From Vicugna vicugna (lineage: Eukaryota), in assembly GCA_013265495.1 (NCBI GenBank), contig MU058824.1:2197111-2261110 (forward strand): DNA of 64,000 bases. Direction: 5' to 3'. A program made the position numbers and the translations under genes. Below are positions 12,950 to 25,199 of this stretch, one piece after another. The notes under the pieces were generated by a model that saw only the letters and a program-made list of their open reading frames with translations, was not told the DNA's origin and did not search any database. The first letter of the stretch is position 1. Every line of letters starts with the position of its first letter.

Positions 12950-13360
12950 CAAGGGTCACCTCATTTAATTCTCCCAACAGACTGGTGAAGTGGGGACCTT
13001 CACCACGCCATTTTGAAAAAGGAAACTGAAGTCCAGAGAGGGTAGGCAAATTTCCCAAGGTCATCCAGCAAGTCAGTGGCAGACAAAACTAGGTGGTGTT
13101 TGGGCCAGGCGTTAGTGCTTAGCACATCGAATTTTAGCGTGAGCTCCTCGGTGGGTGGTAAGAGAAATAATCAATGGCCACCACTCACCGAATACCCAGT
13201 GTGTGTCTGGCACTGCTCAAGGCCTCACCTACATTATTTCTAATCCTCACAACCACAGGGAGAGGCAGTGATTTCACTACTAGCGCACAGAGGAGCCTGG
13301 GGCCCAGAAGCGAACTGATTTGTCCGAGATCACACAACGTGGCAGGTGGCAGAGCCTAGT
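12950..13360 (-). mobile_element. Two tandem MIR copies abutting the CpG island
   Basis: tcatttaattctcccaac...ggaaactgaagtccagagagg; ttctaatcctcacaaccac...gagatcacacaacgtggcaggtggcagagcc. Confidence 0.7.
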
Positions 13361-13389
13361 TGGGAACCCAGATGTCCCCCATCTCCAGG

Positions 13390-13875
13390 AACGATCGTGC
13401 GATCCCGCGGCGTCTCTTTTCGGAGGAGGGGAGGTGGTGGTGTCTCCAGCGGGAACACCCCAAAGCACTCCCTGGGACCCCCGGCCTCCCTTCGCCCCCG
13501 CGCGCATGCCTGGCCGCTGAGGCGTGAGAGCCACCGCCCGGGGCCCTGCCTCCCGCGCTCCTTGCACAACCGGCCGGGATAAGTGCTGCGTCTCTGGGCA
13601 ATTATCGCCCTCCCGCCGCTGCCGCCGCCGCCGCCGGGGCTGGACGGGCAGAAGGCCAAAGGCCGGGAACACTCAGCCACCCAAGGAGAGCGGTACCAGC
13701 CGGTGGGGCCAGCCACCAGGTCCGCGCGCGATTGCACAACGAGGGGCCGAGGGGCCCTAAGGCTGGGAGGCGGCGCGGCGCAGTGACGTCACGCACAGCC
13801 GCCCCGAACCCGAGGCTTCTGCCCGGCGCTCGGGGGGACCTAGGGGGAGAAATCCCGGCGGGGCCGCGCGTGCAC
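13390..13875. promoter_or_regulatory. CpG island, likely promoter and non-coding first exon of an unidentified gene
   Basis: The only strongly GC- and CpG-rich stretch in the window; interrupted (CCG)8 at 13613-13636; CRE; no recognisable coding frame. Confidence 0.85.
13783..13792. promoter_or_regulatory. Full palindromic CRE (CREB/ATF site)
   Basis: GTGACGTCAC, containing consensus TGACGTCA at 13784-13791, inside the CpG island. Confidence 0.75.
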
Positions 13876-13899
13876 TGCCAGGTAGTCCCTGAAAGACAT

Positions 13900-14166
13900 T
13901 CTTTTCATCTCCATTTCTTCCCTTTCTTCCATTCTTCCTCTCTTATTTTCCTTTATATCCCTGTCATTCCTCCCTCTTCCTCCCTCCCTTCCTCTTCCTT
14001 CCTTTTTCCTTTCCTTCTTCCTTCCATCCTTCTCTTCCTCTCCCTCTCTCTTCTTCCTTACCTCCTTCCCTTCTCCTTTCTCCTCCCTTTCTGCCTCTCG
14101 TTTCCTGCCTCCCTTTACTCTCTCCACTCCCTCCTTCCTCCCTACTTCTTCCTTTTTCATTTCTTC
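13900..14166 (+). repeat. Polypyrimidine (CT-rich) low-complexity tract
   Basis: About 265 nt almost entirely C/T. Confidence 0.9.
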
Positions 14167-14169
14167 TAA

Positions 14170-14313
14170 TAATTTTATAAATATGTTTGTTTGTTTTAGG
14201 AGGGGGCGGTAATTAGGTTTATTTACTTAGTTTTAGAGGAGGTACTGGAGAATGAATTCAGGACCTCCTGCATGCTAAGCATGCGCTCTACCACTTGAGC
14301 TATACCCTCCCCC
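14170..14313 (-). mobile_element. tRNA-derived SINE (Vic-1-type)
   Basis: ggtaattaggttt...gaggtactggagaatgaattcaggacctcctgcatgctaagcatgcgctctaccacttgagctataccctcccc is the reverse complement of the family consensus. Confidence 0.92.
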
Positions 14314-14324
14314 AAGAAGTAATT

Positions 14325-14560
14325 TTTTTATTTTAAAAATAATTTTTATTTCTGTTTTTAACTATGGTAAAAAGCACCTAATACAACGTTTACCATCTTA
14401 ACCATTTTAAAGTGTACAGCCAGTAGTGTTAAGTACATTCACGTTGTTGTGCAACCAATCTCCAGAACTATTTCGTCTTGCAAAACTGAAACTCTATACC
14501 TATTGAATAACAACTCCTCATTTCCTCCCCTCACCAACCCCCCGGCCCCTGGTAATCACA
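14325..14560 (-). mobile_element. L1MB-type 3' end
   Basis: tttaccatcttaaccattttaaagtgtacag...gtgcaaccaatctccagaac...gcaaaactgaaactctatacc. Confidence 0.8.
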
Positions 14561-14561
14561 T

Positions 14562-14750
14562 CCTTCCATCCATCCATCCATCCTTCCTTCCTTCCTTCCT
14601 TCCTTCCTTCCTTCCTTCCTTCCTTCCTTTCTTTCTTTTCCTCCCTCCCCCCACCCCTTTCTTTCTTTCCCTTTTTGTGCTCTTTTTTCTTTGCCTTTAT
14701 CTCTCCTTTTTCTTCCTCTCACTCTTTCCATCTTTCTCTCTTTCTATTCT
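14562..14750 (+). repeat. (TCCA)n/(TTCC)n compound repeat plus CT-rich tract
   Basis: Read directly. Confidence 0.9.
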
Positions 14751-15769
14751 TAACCTAATGGCCCCACTGCACCCTTGCCAGCCCTCTACAGCCTCTGCCA
14801 GAGGCTGGGCCAAGAGGCCTGTCAGCGAGGCTGTTAGAGGGCTGGTGAATCATCATTCCTCCCCCGTGTGTCAGGCCAGTGGGCGGCCCCTGGAAGCCTC
14901 ACCTAGCTTTTCAATGGTAGGCAAACATGTCCAGCAAGGCAATTTTGCCAGGAAGAGTTAATTAGAGAGAGGCCCTGACTCCAGGATCAGGCTGGGAGCC
15001 CCTCTCTCCCCTGGGCCTTCCCCAACCCTGGGGCTCCCCTTCTAGACAGTGCAAGACAGCCGTGATGAGGGTGATGGTGGTGATAAGTTGGACTGACACA
15101 AAACTTTACAGTTTACAAAGCAATTCCACAGACATGATCTCATTCTTATTCTCACAGCAATCCTGGGAGGTAAGCCTTACCATTCCCTTTTTACAGGTGA
15201 GGAAACTGAGCCTTGGAGAGGAGAAGGGATTTGCCCGTGGCCATGGAGCTAGTGAGCAGCAGAGTTGGCAAGATGGGGACCCAGAGTTGTATCACAAAAG
15301 TAGAAAAAAGAGTGCTAGATTTCAGAGTTTAAAACATTTTAAAAAATTTTATCGCTTCTTCTTCTGTGTTCCCATAGCACCTTGTTTAGACCTCTTGAGG
15401 GTAGGCCCCACCTGATGGGTTTCTTTAACAACTGGGCATAAAGGGCAGCTACTGGATGAGTGAGTGATGGAGGTGTTTGATGGTATGCATAGCAAGTGTA
15501 AAAGAGTTGATTTCTAGGCATCTAAGAGACTTTTTAAAGTCAAATAGAGTTGCCGCCCAGCTGTCCCTGAGTTATCTGTAATTGTGGCTCTCCGTTCAGG
15601 AGACAATTTGAGAGAATAGAGGACTTCCAAGTGTGAATGGAGTTACAGTTTTCCCGCCTTTTCTGGGTAGAACCTCTGACTCACAGACATCTCGCATTCT
15701 TTAGGAATATTCTGTTTTAATTCTTTTGTCATTTGTTGGTGTGGGAATAATTTTGTGTCACGGGTAATT

Positions 15770-16140
15770 GTGGTAGATTATTAATATTCACCCATATCCA
15801 ATTCTCTATGTCATGCAATCCTGTTTCTTGAAATAAAATATGGTCACATGACTATTTTGGGCCAATACATGTGATTAGATAAGGTATTCATCACCTGTGG
15901 GCTGGAGCATTGAGTTGCGGGTGCTTGGCTCTTTAGTCCTCTCTTCTCTGGCTGCATTGACCAAGGAGGCCACATTCCAGGATGTTGGAGCTTTCCTGGC
16001 TTGGGTATCAGGGAAACTACCATGAACAGGACCCCCTATCAACTGTTATGGATCTGCAGAGCCAGTGAGAAATAAACCTCAGTGGTATTTTAGGCTGTTT
16101 GTTACTATAGCTTAATTTAGCCTATTCCAACCAATACAGT
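15770..16140 (+). mobile_element. MaLR (MLT1-type) solo LTR
   Basis: Begins tgtggtagatt; ggtcacatgactattttgggccaat; ends gagaaataaacctc...gtttgttactatagc...aataca. Confidence 0.7.
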
Positions 16141-16314
16141 CATCGATAGAGCAATTGATGTAACACACTGAGTGCTTTGTCAGTTTTTTAAACATAACTT
16201 TCATGTTTTGGAACAAGATTTAAAGTTTTAAAGACAAATTTATAACTGTACAATCTAGTAAAAATATGTTTGATTTATATTTTCTTCCCTAAACGTCTCT
16301 TATCACATATACTT

Positions 16315-16624
16315 CTTTTTTCTTATTGAAGTATAGTCGGTTTACAATGTTATGTTAATTTCTAGCATATAACATAGTGATTCAGTTTTATATATATATA
16401 TACACATACACACACATATATATTTACTCCTTTTCATTATAAGCTATTAAAAGATATTGAGTTTAATTTCCTATGCTATACACTAGGACCTTATTGTTTA
16501 TATATTTTATATATAGTAGTTAGTATCTGCAAATCCTGAACTCCTATTTTATCTATCCCCTCTCCCTTTTCCCCCTGGTAACTGTAAGTTTGTTTTCTAT
16601 GTCTGTGAGTCTGTTTCTGTTTTA
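16315..16624 (-). mobile_element. 5'-truncated lineage-specific L1 3' end
   Basis: Antisense L1 3'UTR with perfect 17-bp TSD tcttatcacatatactt at 16298-16314 and 16625-16641. Confidence 0.9.
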
Positions 16625-16659
16625 TCTTATCACATATACTTAAAAAATGTTTTTAAGGG

Positions 16660-18745
16660 CTTCACTGAGGGATAATTGAAATACAATAAACTACATATTT
16701 AAAGTGTATAATTTGATAGGTATGGACATATGTATGTACCTGTGAGACCATTACTCCAGGCATGATAGTGAATATGTCTCTTACCCTGAAAAGTTTCCTT
16801 TTGTCCTTATGAAATCCTTCTCTCCTGTCCCTCCCCTCCAAGCCCAACCCATCACCTAGTCACCAGGCAACCACTGATCTGCCTTTGTCACTATAGATTA
16901 ATTTGCATTTTCTAGAACTTTATATAAATGGAATCATACAATATACACTCATTTTTGCCTGGCTGCTTATAATTTAGTGTAATTCTTTTGAGATTCTTCC
17001 AGATTGTTGAATGTGTCAATAACTCATTCTTTTTATATTACTGAGTAGTATTTCATTGTATGAATATACCACAGTTTGTTTATCCATCTTCTATTGATGG
17101 ACTTTGGCTATTTCCAGTTTTTGGCTATTAGAGTAAAATTACAATGAACATTTGTGTACAAGTCTTCGTGTGAAGCTGTGCTTCCATTTCTCTTGGGATT
17201 CCTAGGAAAGGAATGACTGGATCATGTGATAGTTGGTGTATGTTGAATTTTCTAAGAAACTGCCAAACTGTTTTCCAAAGTGATTATAGCATACATTCCC
17301 ACCAGAGATATATGGAGAGTTCTGGTTCCTCCACATCCTTACCAACACTTGGTATGATTTGTCCTTTAGTCTTTCTTAACTTTAATCATTTTAATAGGCA
17401 TGCAGTGTATCTCATCGTGGTTTTTAAAATTATGATAAAATACACAAAACATAAAATTCACCATTTTAACTATTTTAAAGTGTGCAATTCAGCAGCATGT
17501 AGTATATTCACAGTATTGTGAACCATTACCAATGTGGTTGAAGAATATTTTCATCACCCCAAAAGAAAACTTCTTATTCATTAAGAAGTAACTCTCTTTT
17601 CTCCCTTCCCCTAGTGCAGGCAACTACTAATCTGTTTATTGTCTCTATAGATTGGCCTATTCTGGGTATTTCATAACGGAATATGGAATAATATAACATG
17701 TAGTCCTTCTTGACTGGCTTCTTTCACTTAGCATGTTTTTGAAGTTTATTATGTTGTAGCATGTGTCAGTACTTCATTCCTTTTTGTGTCTGAATGATAT
17801 TCCATTGTATGGATATACCACATTTTGTTTATCCATTTATCAGTTAATGGACATTTGAATTTTTTCTACTTTTGTGTTATTGTGAATAGTGCTGCTATGA
17901 ACATTTGTGTATAGTTTTTTTATTGAGTTATAGTCAGTTTACAATATTGTGTCAATTTCTTGTGTACAGCACAGTTTTTCAGTCATACGTGAATATAAAT
18001 ATTTCATTTTCATATTCTTTTTCACCATGAGCTACTGCAAGATCTTGAATATATTTCACTGTGCTATACAGTATAAACTTGTTTATCTATTCTGTATATA
18101 CCTGTATGTATATAGGTTTTAAAAATTTTTTAATGTTATTGTGGTAAGAACAATTAACATGAGATCTACCTTCTTAACAAATTTTTAAGTGTACAGTACA
18201 TTGTTGACTATAGGTACTGTGTATAGTTTTTTGTTTGAACATCTGTTTTTGGTTGTTTTAGATATATACATGAGAGTGGAACTACTAGCTCATATGATAA
18301 CTTTATGTTTACTTTTTTGAGGAACCATTAAATAGTTTTCCACAGTGATTGTATCATTTTACATTCCTACCAGCGAGGCATCAAGGTTCTGATTTCTCCA
18401 TATCCGCATGAACACTAGTTTAATTTTCCATTTTTTTTTTTTTGGCTAAAAGCCATCCTAATGGGATGAAATGACACCTCATTGTGTTGCCTTTGTTTTT
18501 GAAAGATAATTTCACTGAGTGTAGAATTCTAGGTTGCCAGTGTTTCCTTTCATCTGTTAAAAATTTTGCTGTACTGTCTTCTAGCTTGCATTGCTTTCAA
18601 CAACAGATCTGCTGTCATCTTTATCTTTTCCCCACTGTGTATAATTTGTCTTTTTCTCAGACTGCTTTTGAGATTTTCTCCTTGTCATTTGTTTTGAGCA
18701 ATTTGATTATGATATGCCTTGGTGTAGTTTTATTTATGTTTCTTC
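16660..18745 (-). mobile_element. Cluster of nested antisense L1 fragments (L1MB-type 3' ends, inner insert 17921-18217, old ORF1 piece at about 18484-18745)
   Basis: Repeated L1 3'UTR motifs; 15-bp TSD tgtgtatagtttttt at 17906-17920 and 18218-18232; ttgaaagataatttcactgagtgtagaattctaggttg is antisense ORF1. Confidence 0.8.
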
Positions 18746-18789
18746 CTTCATATTTGCTCTCTGCTTAAAGCTCCATATCTTCCTACTAC

Positions 18790-19860
18790 ATACCTGAACT
18801 TGAGAAGGTAAACATAATGGGAGAAAACGTATACCCAGACCAACAAGTCTTGCTTTAAATTCATGACCACAAATCTCAAATGAGCACTCAATCCTGTTCA
18901 GCAATCGTACCACCCTTCTCTAGATGTTTACTTCCTACTCCCAAACACAATTGCTTCACATCTTTACCTCCTTCCTCCCTCCCTCATTGGGAGGGCCTCT
19001 CAGGAGGGGCCATCCACTGCACACCCCTCCCTCATCCTCATCTGATGACCTCATTTCCTATTTCATTGACAAAATACAAAGCAGTTATAAAGGAACGTCC
19101 TTATCTTCCCACCACATCTCCCAATCTGTCTGAATTTGTGTTCCTCTTTCCTGTCTGCTTTAATATTACTGTGAATGAAGTGTCCCTAGTTTTACCAAGA
19201 GATACTCCTTTCACTTGTGAGCTGAATTGTCTAGCCTCTTGATTTTTCAGTTCTCCCATCTCTTAAAATTCTCCCATCTCTGCTGTATCCCCAGTTTCTT
19301 TCTCTTCAGTCAGATCATTCCCACAAAATGCATACCTGTTACATTATCTCCACTGTCTGCAGTCTTTCCTTTACCCCACGTCTTCCTGCAGCTGATGTCC
19401 TATCTCCCTAGTGTCCCTCACGTCAGCCTTTCCCACGGACTTGTCACTTGTCTCTCCTTTCTCACCTCCTGTGTTCTGCTCAGCCCTCTGATTGGACTTC
19501 TCATCTCTCCAGTCCACTGAGACTGTTTTTGATGAGAACACCAGTAACCTCCAGGAGTCACTTCTCTGTCCTTACTGATCTCTCAGCAGCACTTGATGCA
19601 GGACACCACTCCCTTCTTTCTTTGCTTGGCTTCTGGAATATCATATGCTTCTGGCTGCCCCTTTGTGATCTCCTTAGCTGGTGGCCTCATTTGCTGCTTG
19701 GCTTCCAGATGTCAGAGTGCTTGACATTTGGTCATAGATCTTCTCTAGCTACTTCTTCTCTGTTGGTAATCTCCTCTGGTCCAAAACTTTCAATACACTC
19801 TGTGTAGCAGTATCTCCCAAAACTCTTGTCTCCAGCTCTGTCCACCTCTTAGAACTTGAC
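18790..19860 (-). mobile_element. L2 LINE fragment
   Basis: tttaaattcatgaccacaaatctcaaatgagcactc...tgatctctcagcagcacttgatgcaggacaccactccc (antisense L2 RT region). Confidence 0.7.
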
Positions 19861-20619
19861 TCAGAAACATTCGACCTCATATTAAGTACATCATCACTAT
19901 TACTATTACTATTAAGCCCATCATCACTGTTACTACCTTTATCTAAGCCAACATCAACTCTAACCAGTATGAAGATTTGGAAGACTTTTATTGTGGTCTA
20001 GTGTGAGGCTCGTAGTTATTGAGGACTTTTCACATGTGAAGTTCTATAACTGGTGTCACTTCCTCATCTCATGCCTGTCCCAGTGACAGACATGGCCAAT
20101 CAGTCAGCAACTTTCCCCTGATAAGCCTGGTGGGGGTTCCACAATCCTTTGTACTTCCAGCAGCCATCACTAATCCATCTGAGCTGGCAAAGAGAATGAA
20201 ATCCATTTGTTGTTCCAGCTGATCTGTGGTCTAATTTGCTTTACAGTAGTAGAGTTGTATCTGCAGTTTGGCTTTGGGAGGTTGGACACAGTTGGCTAAG
20301 ATAAGATGATGATTTGAGTTTAGATCTGTTTGTTCTGTTCCCTGATCTCAAGTATTGACATTAATTCTTTGACAGAATCGCTGAGCTGGTGGCTGGGCTA
20401 TATCAGGAGGAATCTTCAGTGCTGGGTATTGGTCAGTTGGAGTCATGGTGTGAATGTGCAGGCTGGTGGAGTCTAGAAGTCATATTATAAACATTTCATT
20501 TTTCTCTTCAAGGGCCATGCATAGCCCCTGAAAGTCATGAATCCTGACCTCAAAAGGAAGCATTCGGAGATGGCATTTTTAGAACCAAGCAGAAGTAGAT
20601 ATTGAAAAGGTAACCTGAC

Positions 20620-21780
20620 ACTATATACACAGATTGGGGAGATCCACTCTCCTGCTGGAGCAGGTTTGGGGGTGAAGATCAGGAATGTGAATTTGAATAT
20701 GTTGATGTTGGGTATATGCTGTTCTAAAGCCCAGAGAAAAGTTTGGACTGGGGTTATAAATTTGAAGTCTTCAGCATCCACCCAGTAGTGGAAGCGGTGA
20801 TGGGAGATGAGATCATTCAGTTGGTGTGGCCATGATAGAGTTATGATCCTTGATGGCAGTTTGGAGTTCTAAGCTTCATGAGACTGCCATGTATCTATAT
20901 GACCAAAATGAGGTCATTGGGTAATGTTCCCAGTGCAAACCAACAATCATTGATGTGACCCAAAATGGATGAATGAACACATGAATGAATGAAAACATAT
21001 AGCAACAAGTACAAAGTTTTCATTTCTCAGCCAGGCTCTTAGTGACACTTGTTAATCCTTTCCCACTTCTTTCAACAACTATTCATATTCCATTTTTAGT
21101 TTCTGACACCCTACTCTGTATGCCCTACTTCATGGAGAAATTGAGACCGTCAGGTGTGACCACTCCTGCCTTCCCACCTTCCTACCCTCAAATCCAACAT
21201 CACTCCCTTTATCTCGTCCCCAGGGTGTCTGTCATTCTTCTCAAGGCCAATATGGCCACCTATGCTCTGGACCTCATCAATTCCCTCCAGTTCGCTCCAG
21301 GAACTTATTCCAACAATCATCTCCTTTCTTTCCTGTGTCTGCCTTTCAACTGGTTTACCAGTCTTACCAAATTTCTTCAAAGAGTGGTCTAAAATTACCA
21401 TTTCTACTCCATTACTGCCTATTTGCTCTTCAACTCACTGTATTCTGCCTCCTGCCCCCACCCTAGGTTCTCTTAAGGACACCAAGAACCCCTGATAGCC
21501 AGACCCATTAGAAACTTTCCAGTCCTTAGACTCGACCTCTATGCTGTATTGGACAGTTGAGGAGTCTCTCCTTTGGGTACTACTCCATTGCTACACATAC
21601 ACACACACACAATTTTCTACTCTTGCCTCCTTTTTGGGCTCCTCCTCTTCTGTTCTTCCTTTAAATATTAGCATTCTTCAGGATCCATTCTTGTCTTACA
21701 GATCTTTTCACTCTACAGACTTTCTTTGGGCAATCTCATCCACTTCTGTGATTTTAGCTACTGCCTATATGCTGAGGAGG
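20620..21780. mobile_element. L2 fragments in both orientations
   Basis: ggagcaggtttgggggtgaagatcaggaa (+); ctcgacctctatgctgtattggacagttga and tgggcaatctcatccac (-). Confidence 0.6.
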
Positions 21781-22209
21781 CAATGGAATACCGTGACAAG
21801 AGCACTCAATGGCTTCAAACTGAATTAGAAGAGCACTACTGAACTCCATGCTTAAGTGGTGAGGGATCTAGATTCAGAGTGACTCTGGTTAATGTTTCAC
21901 CCTCATTGCTTTCTGGATTAGATCCTCTCGCAACTTTTTGTCATGTGTGTTTTCGTATCTATTAAAGATGTCCACCTAGTGATGACCTGTAACCCTTTAC
22001 AATCTTGAGATACCTTTCCCTCTCTATCTTTAGTTGATATATAGGATTTTTGTAACTTAAAAGCATTTATCTGCTGTATTCATGATGGACATGGGGTAGG
22101 AAACCAAGACACCAAGCTGATTATCGCATGCATGCTGATTATCAAGAGCTCATGAAGTGGAGGTAGGAGATTGCCCAGGACTAACACTTCTAAATTAGAG
22201 GCAGAGGAT

Positions 22210-22825
22210 GCCCCACTTCAGATCCTCTTGGCCTCACTATCTCTTATTCCAGTGGCTGCTACAGTTACCAGCTTTGTACCAATTTCATATAGATTCAACC
22301 TGATAGTGTCTCATCCAGGCCCGTGTTGCATGTCTCTCTCCTCCCACCCTCAGGTGTCCCCATTGACCTTCTTGTCAATTTGATGCCCATACATATGCAA
22401 CCCAGAAATAAGGTGGGAGTGGTAATTGACACTCCATAGGAGAGACTTCGCTTTCTGAGAAAGGGAGCTGGTGGATAAATTCTTCCCCTTCTCCTTCTGA
22501 AGACAGTCCTGAGACTAGATAAACTCCTGGTTTGCCTGGAACCTTCCAAGTTTTAGCACTGAAAGTCCCATGTCCTGGGAAATCCCTCAGACCTCTGAAA
22601 ACCGGAACAGTTGGTCACTCTACCTGAGCTGCAAATTACGTGGGGACATGTCCATGAGATCGAATGATGAGGTGCAGTTAGCACTGGCCAGCTCCATTAA
22701 CACACGCCCTGCCTCCTTCCTGCTTCACTCTCCTTGTCCCTCACTCCTGATCACTAATAAAGGAGTAGCTCAGAAGCCCCTGACTCATGCTCTGCTTTCT
22801 AGGGAACCCAGCCTAACCCAAAGCA
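22210..22825 (+). mobile_element. ERVL-type solo LTR (LTR16-like) interrupted by a hAT MITE
   Basis: ggataaattcttcccc...cttcactctccttgtccctcactcctg...aataaa...ctctgctttctagggaacccagcctaa. Confidence 0.65.
22516..22622. mobile_element. MER81-like hAT-Blackjack MITE
   Basis: cctggtttgcctggaac...ttttagcactgaaagtccc...aaaccggaacagttggtcactcta; degenerate 8-bp TSD cctgagac/cctgagct. Confidence 0.75.
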
Positions 22826-25199
22826 GTAGCATGACTCCTACATGATGATAGCCCTAGGTGTCATGGCTGTGGGAAGAGGATTATGAATTATTGCAAGGAG
22901 CAAGGAGTTTGTCTAGAATTCACATAAGCTTTATTTGAGCCTATCCAAGGCCTTGTCTTCCAGCCATGTGAGCTGTGTCTCCCTTAGCCCTTTTCTCTCA
23001 GTACCCTACCTGCACCTTATGCCCCGGTAACACTGTGCTGTATGTAGTTCCCTGTAAGTGCCACTGCTTCAGACTTAGGGCTTTGTTCATGCCTGGGATG
23101 CCCTCCATACCTTTGGAGCAACTCCTACTCGTCCTTCATGGTCCAGCCCAGACACCACCTGTCCCAGGGCCCACCAACCCTCCTGGCCAAGGCTGGGGAG
23201 TGCTCCATCCTCTCTTTCTAGCCTGTCTCTACAAATTCATTTCCATATTGTCTTCTATCTTCTCTGTTCGCTCTTTAGAATGTGAATTACTTGAAGGCAG
23301 GGACTTTATCCTGCTCACTTCACACTCCCTGCTCAATACAGAGTTGTTGAATGAATGAATGAGTTTTCCCAGTAACCCTGTGAGGTCAGTTGTGGCAGCA
23401 TCATTTCCATTTAAATATACTTGAGGCTTAGAGAAGGGGAGAAGTAACATAGAAGGTTAGAGGCAGAGCCAGGTCCAGGTTCTTCCCACCATACCACTTG
23501 TCTCCCCAGAAAAGACTTTCCTGACTTTTTCAAGCACTGTAAGCTGAGGGCACAGGGACTTAGAAGCAAACACAGAGTGAGATTCCCCAGGACCCTTCTA
23601 GCACAGTCATTACCAAGCTTCCCTCCTGCTGAGAAGGCAAGCCCCCAGTTCTGCTGCTACCTGGCAGCTCTGTAAGACTGCTGCGTGCCCCTACCAGCTC
23701 TGGTTTTCAGCTCTCCCTTTGTTTTGATCTTGGAAATACCCTTACTTTCCTGTGACATGTCCTATAGATTTCAAATGACTAAAACAAATACCACTCAGCA
23801 TTTCTGGGTGCTTTGTAGCAGGGCGCTTTCTGGTTATTTAGTGTGCCACTTTGCCGGTGGCCTTATTCCTCTGTTTAGCCTTCATCTCCTCCACCATTCC
23901 CACTCCATCTTGGTGTTGTTTCTCCACAATGGAGGGCAATTGTGTGAGAAACCTAAAAAGGAGCCTCTCTTGACCCTAAAGTTGCTGCTAAAGCTACTAT
24001 GGAAAGGCTTGATCTTGGGGCTAAAGGATTTATAGTTGGGACTTTCTGAACCTGGGAGGGTGCTGTGCATCAACCCATGAGAGGGTGTGGGCAGGTATTA
24101 GGAGGAGAGCTTCACCCCAGCTATGCCCTCTCTCTGAGCCCAGCTCCAGGCCTTTGGCTCTTTTCTGCCTACACAATCAAGCCCCCTTGGCCTGACTTTA
24201 AGCCCTTTGCCCCCTGGCCCTGTTGACTCTCCAGCCTCACCTCCCCCTTCAACCAAACATATGCTCTGCTTGCTATTACTCAGACACAGCCCATCTTTCC
24301 TGCCTCCAGACTTTGCCCCTTATTGTCTGCTCATCTCAGGGCACCCTTTCCCCAATGTTTTGCCCCCAGGTCTTCTCTATTCTCCAAGGGTCACGTCCAG
24401 TATCACCACCCAGGAAGGTGGGGGCACTCTTTCTGTCCCCTGGTTCCCCATAGCCCATCTCTGGGCCTTCCTGTGGCCCTGTTGACCCTACTTGACTGTG
24501 GCTGGGGTCTGCATCTGGGGGAAGCTGCCTTCGGCTCACTCCACTCCTGCCAATGCTCAGCACACCCTGCTCATAGAAAGTGTTGGTACATTTGTGTGGA
24601 ACAATGAGAACAGGTCCTGGGGTCCTGGCTCCCACTGGGAGGTGTGGGGAGCCTATCAAAGCAGGGTGATCCTGGTCACTGGGCGATGACTATCTCATGG
24701 TGACCTTGAACTTGATAGAAAGTGGTCACTGAGGCTGTCCTCTATTTTCTCATCCAGCACTAGGGCTGAGGGTTCAAAGCCAAAAGAGGAAATATAGTTT
24801 TGCTCTGAATGGAGGAGAGATTAAGGCTTTCATGTCCTGGGTCCTGGGTGGAGACAGGATGCCATGTCCTGAAAGATCCCTCAGCCACCATCACGGCCCA
24901 GACCATGCTGCTCAATCCACCAGCTGCACCTCTGACAGCACCCCTGAATGGGGGAACAAATGATTGGGAGATCAGTTGATGGTGGAGGGATTTTCAAGAA
25001 TAATTTGGAGTATGCAGAGTTTTGGCCTTATATACTGACTTTAGCCCCCAACCCATGTCAGATGTCTCCACCTCAGCACCAGCACCTGGTGTAGGGCTTG
25101 GCAATAAATGCTTGTTTCATAAATGAATGAATCCTCAAACACTGGAGTTAGGAGGAAACTTAAGTATCTCTAGATTCAATCTGCATTTTATGGAGAAAT

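Noticed and set aside
13174..14169. Many overlapping ORFs across the CpG island and CT tract
   Set aside because: Expected from stop-poor GC-rich or low-complexity DNA; no recognisable protein, and most lack an ATG start.
15351..15372. Possible U2 snRNA 5' fragment (atcgcttct)
   Set aside because: The match ends after 9 nt.
19960..20480. Possible ancient LTR/MER element
   Set aside because: Repeat-like, but no termini or diagnostic motif could be confirmed.
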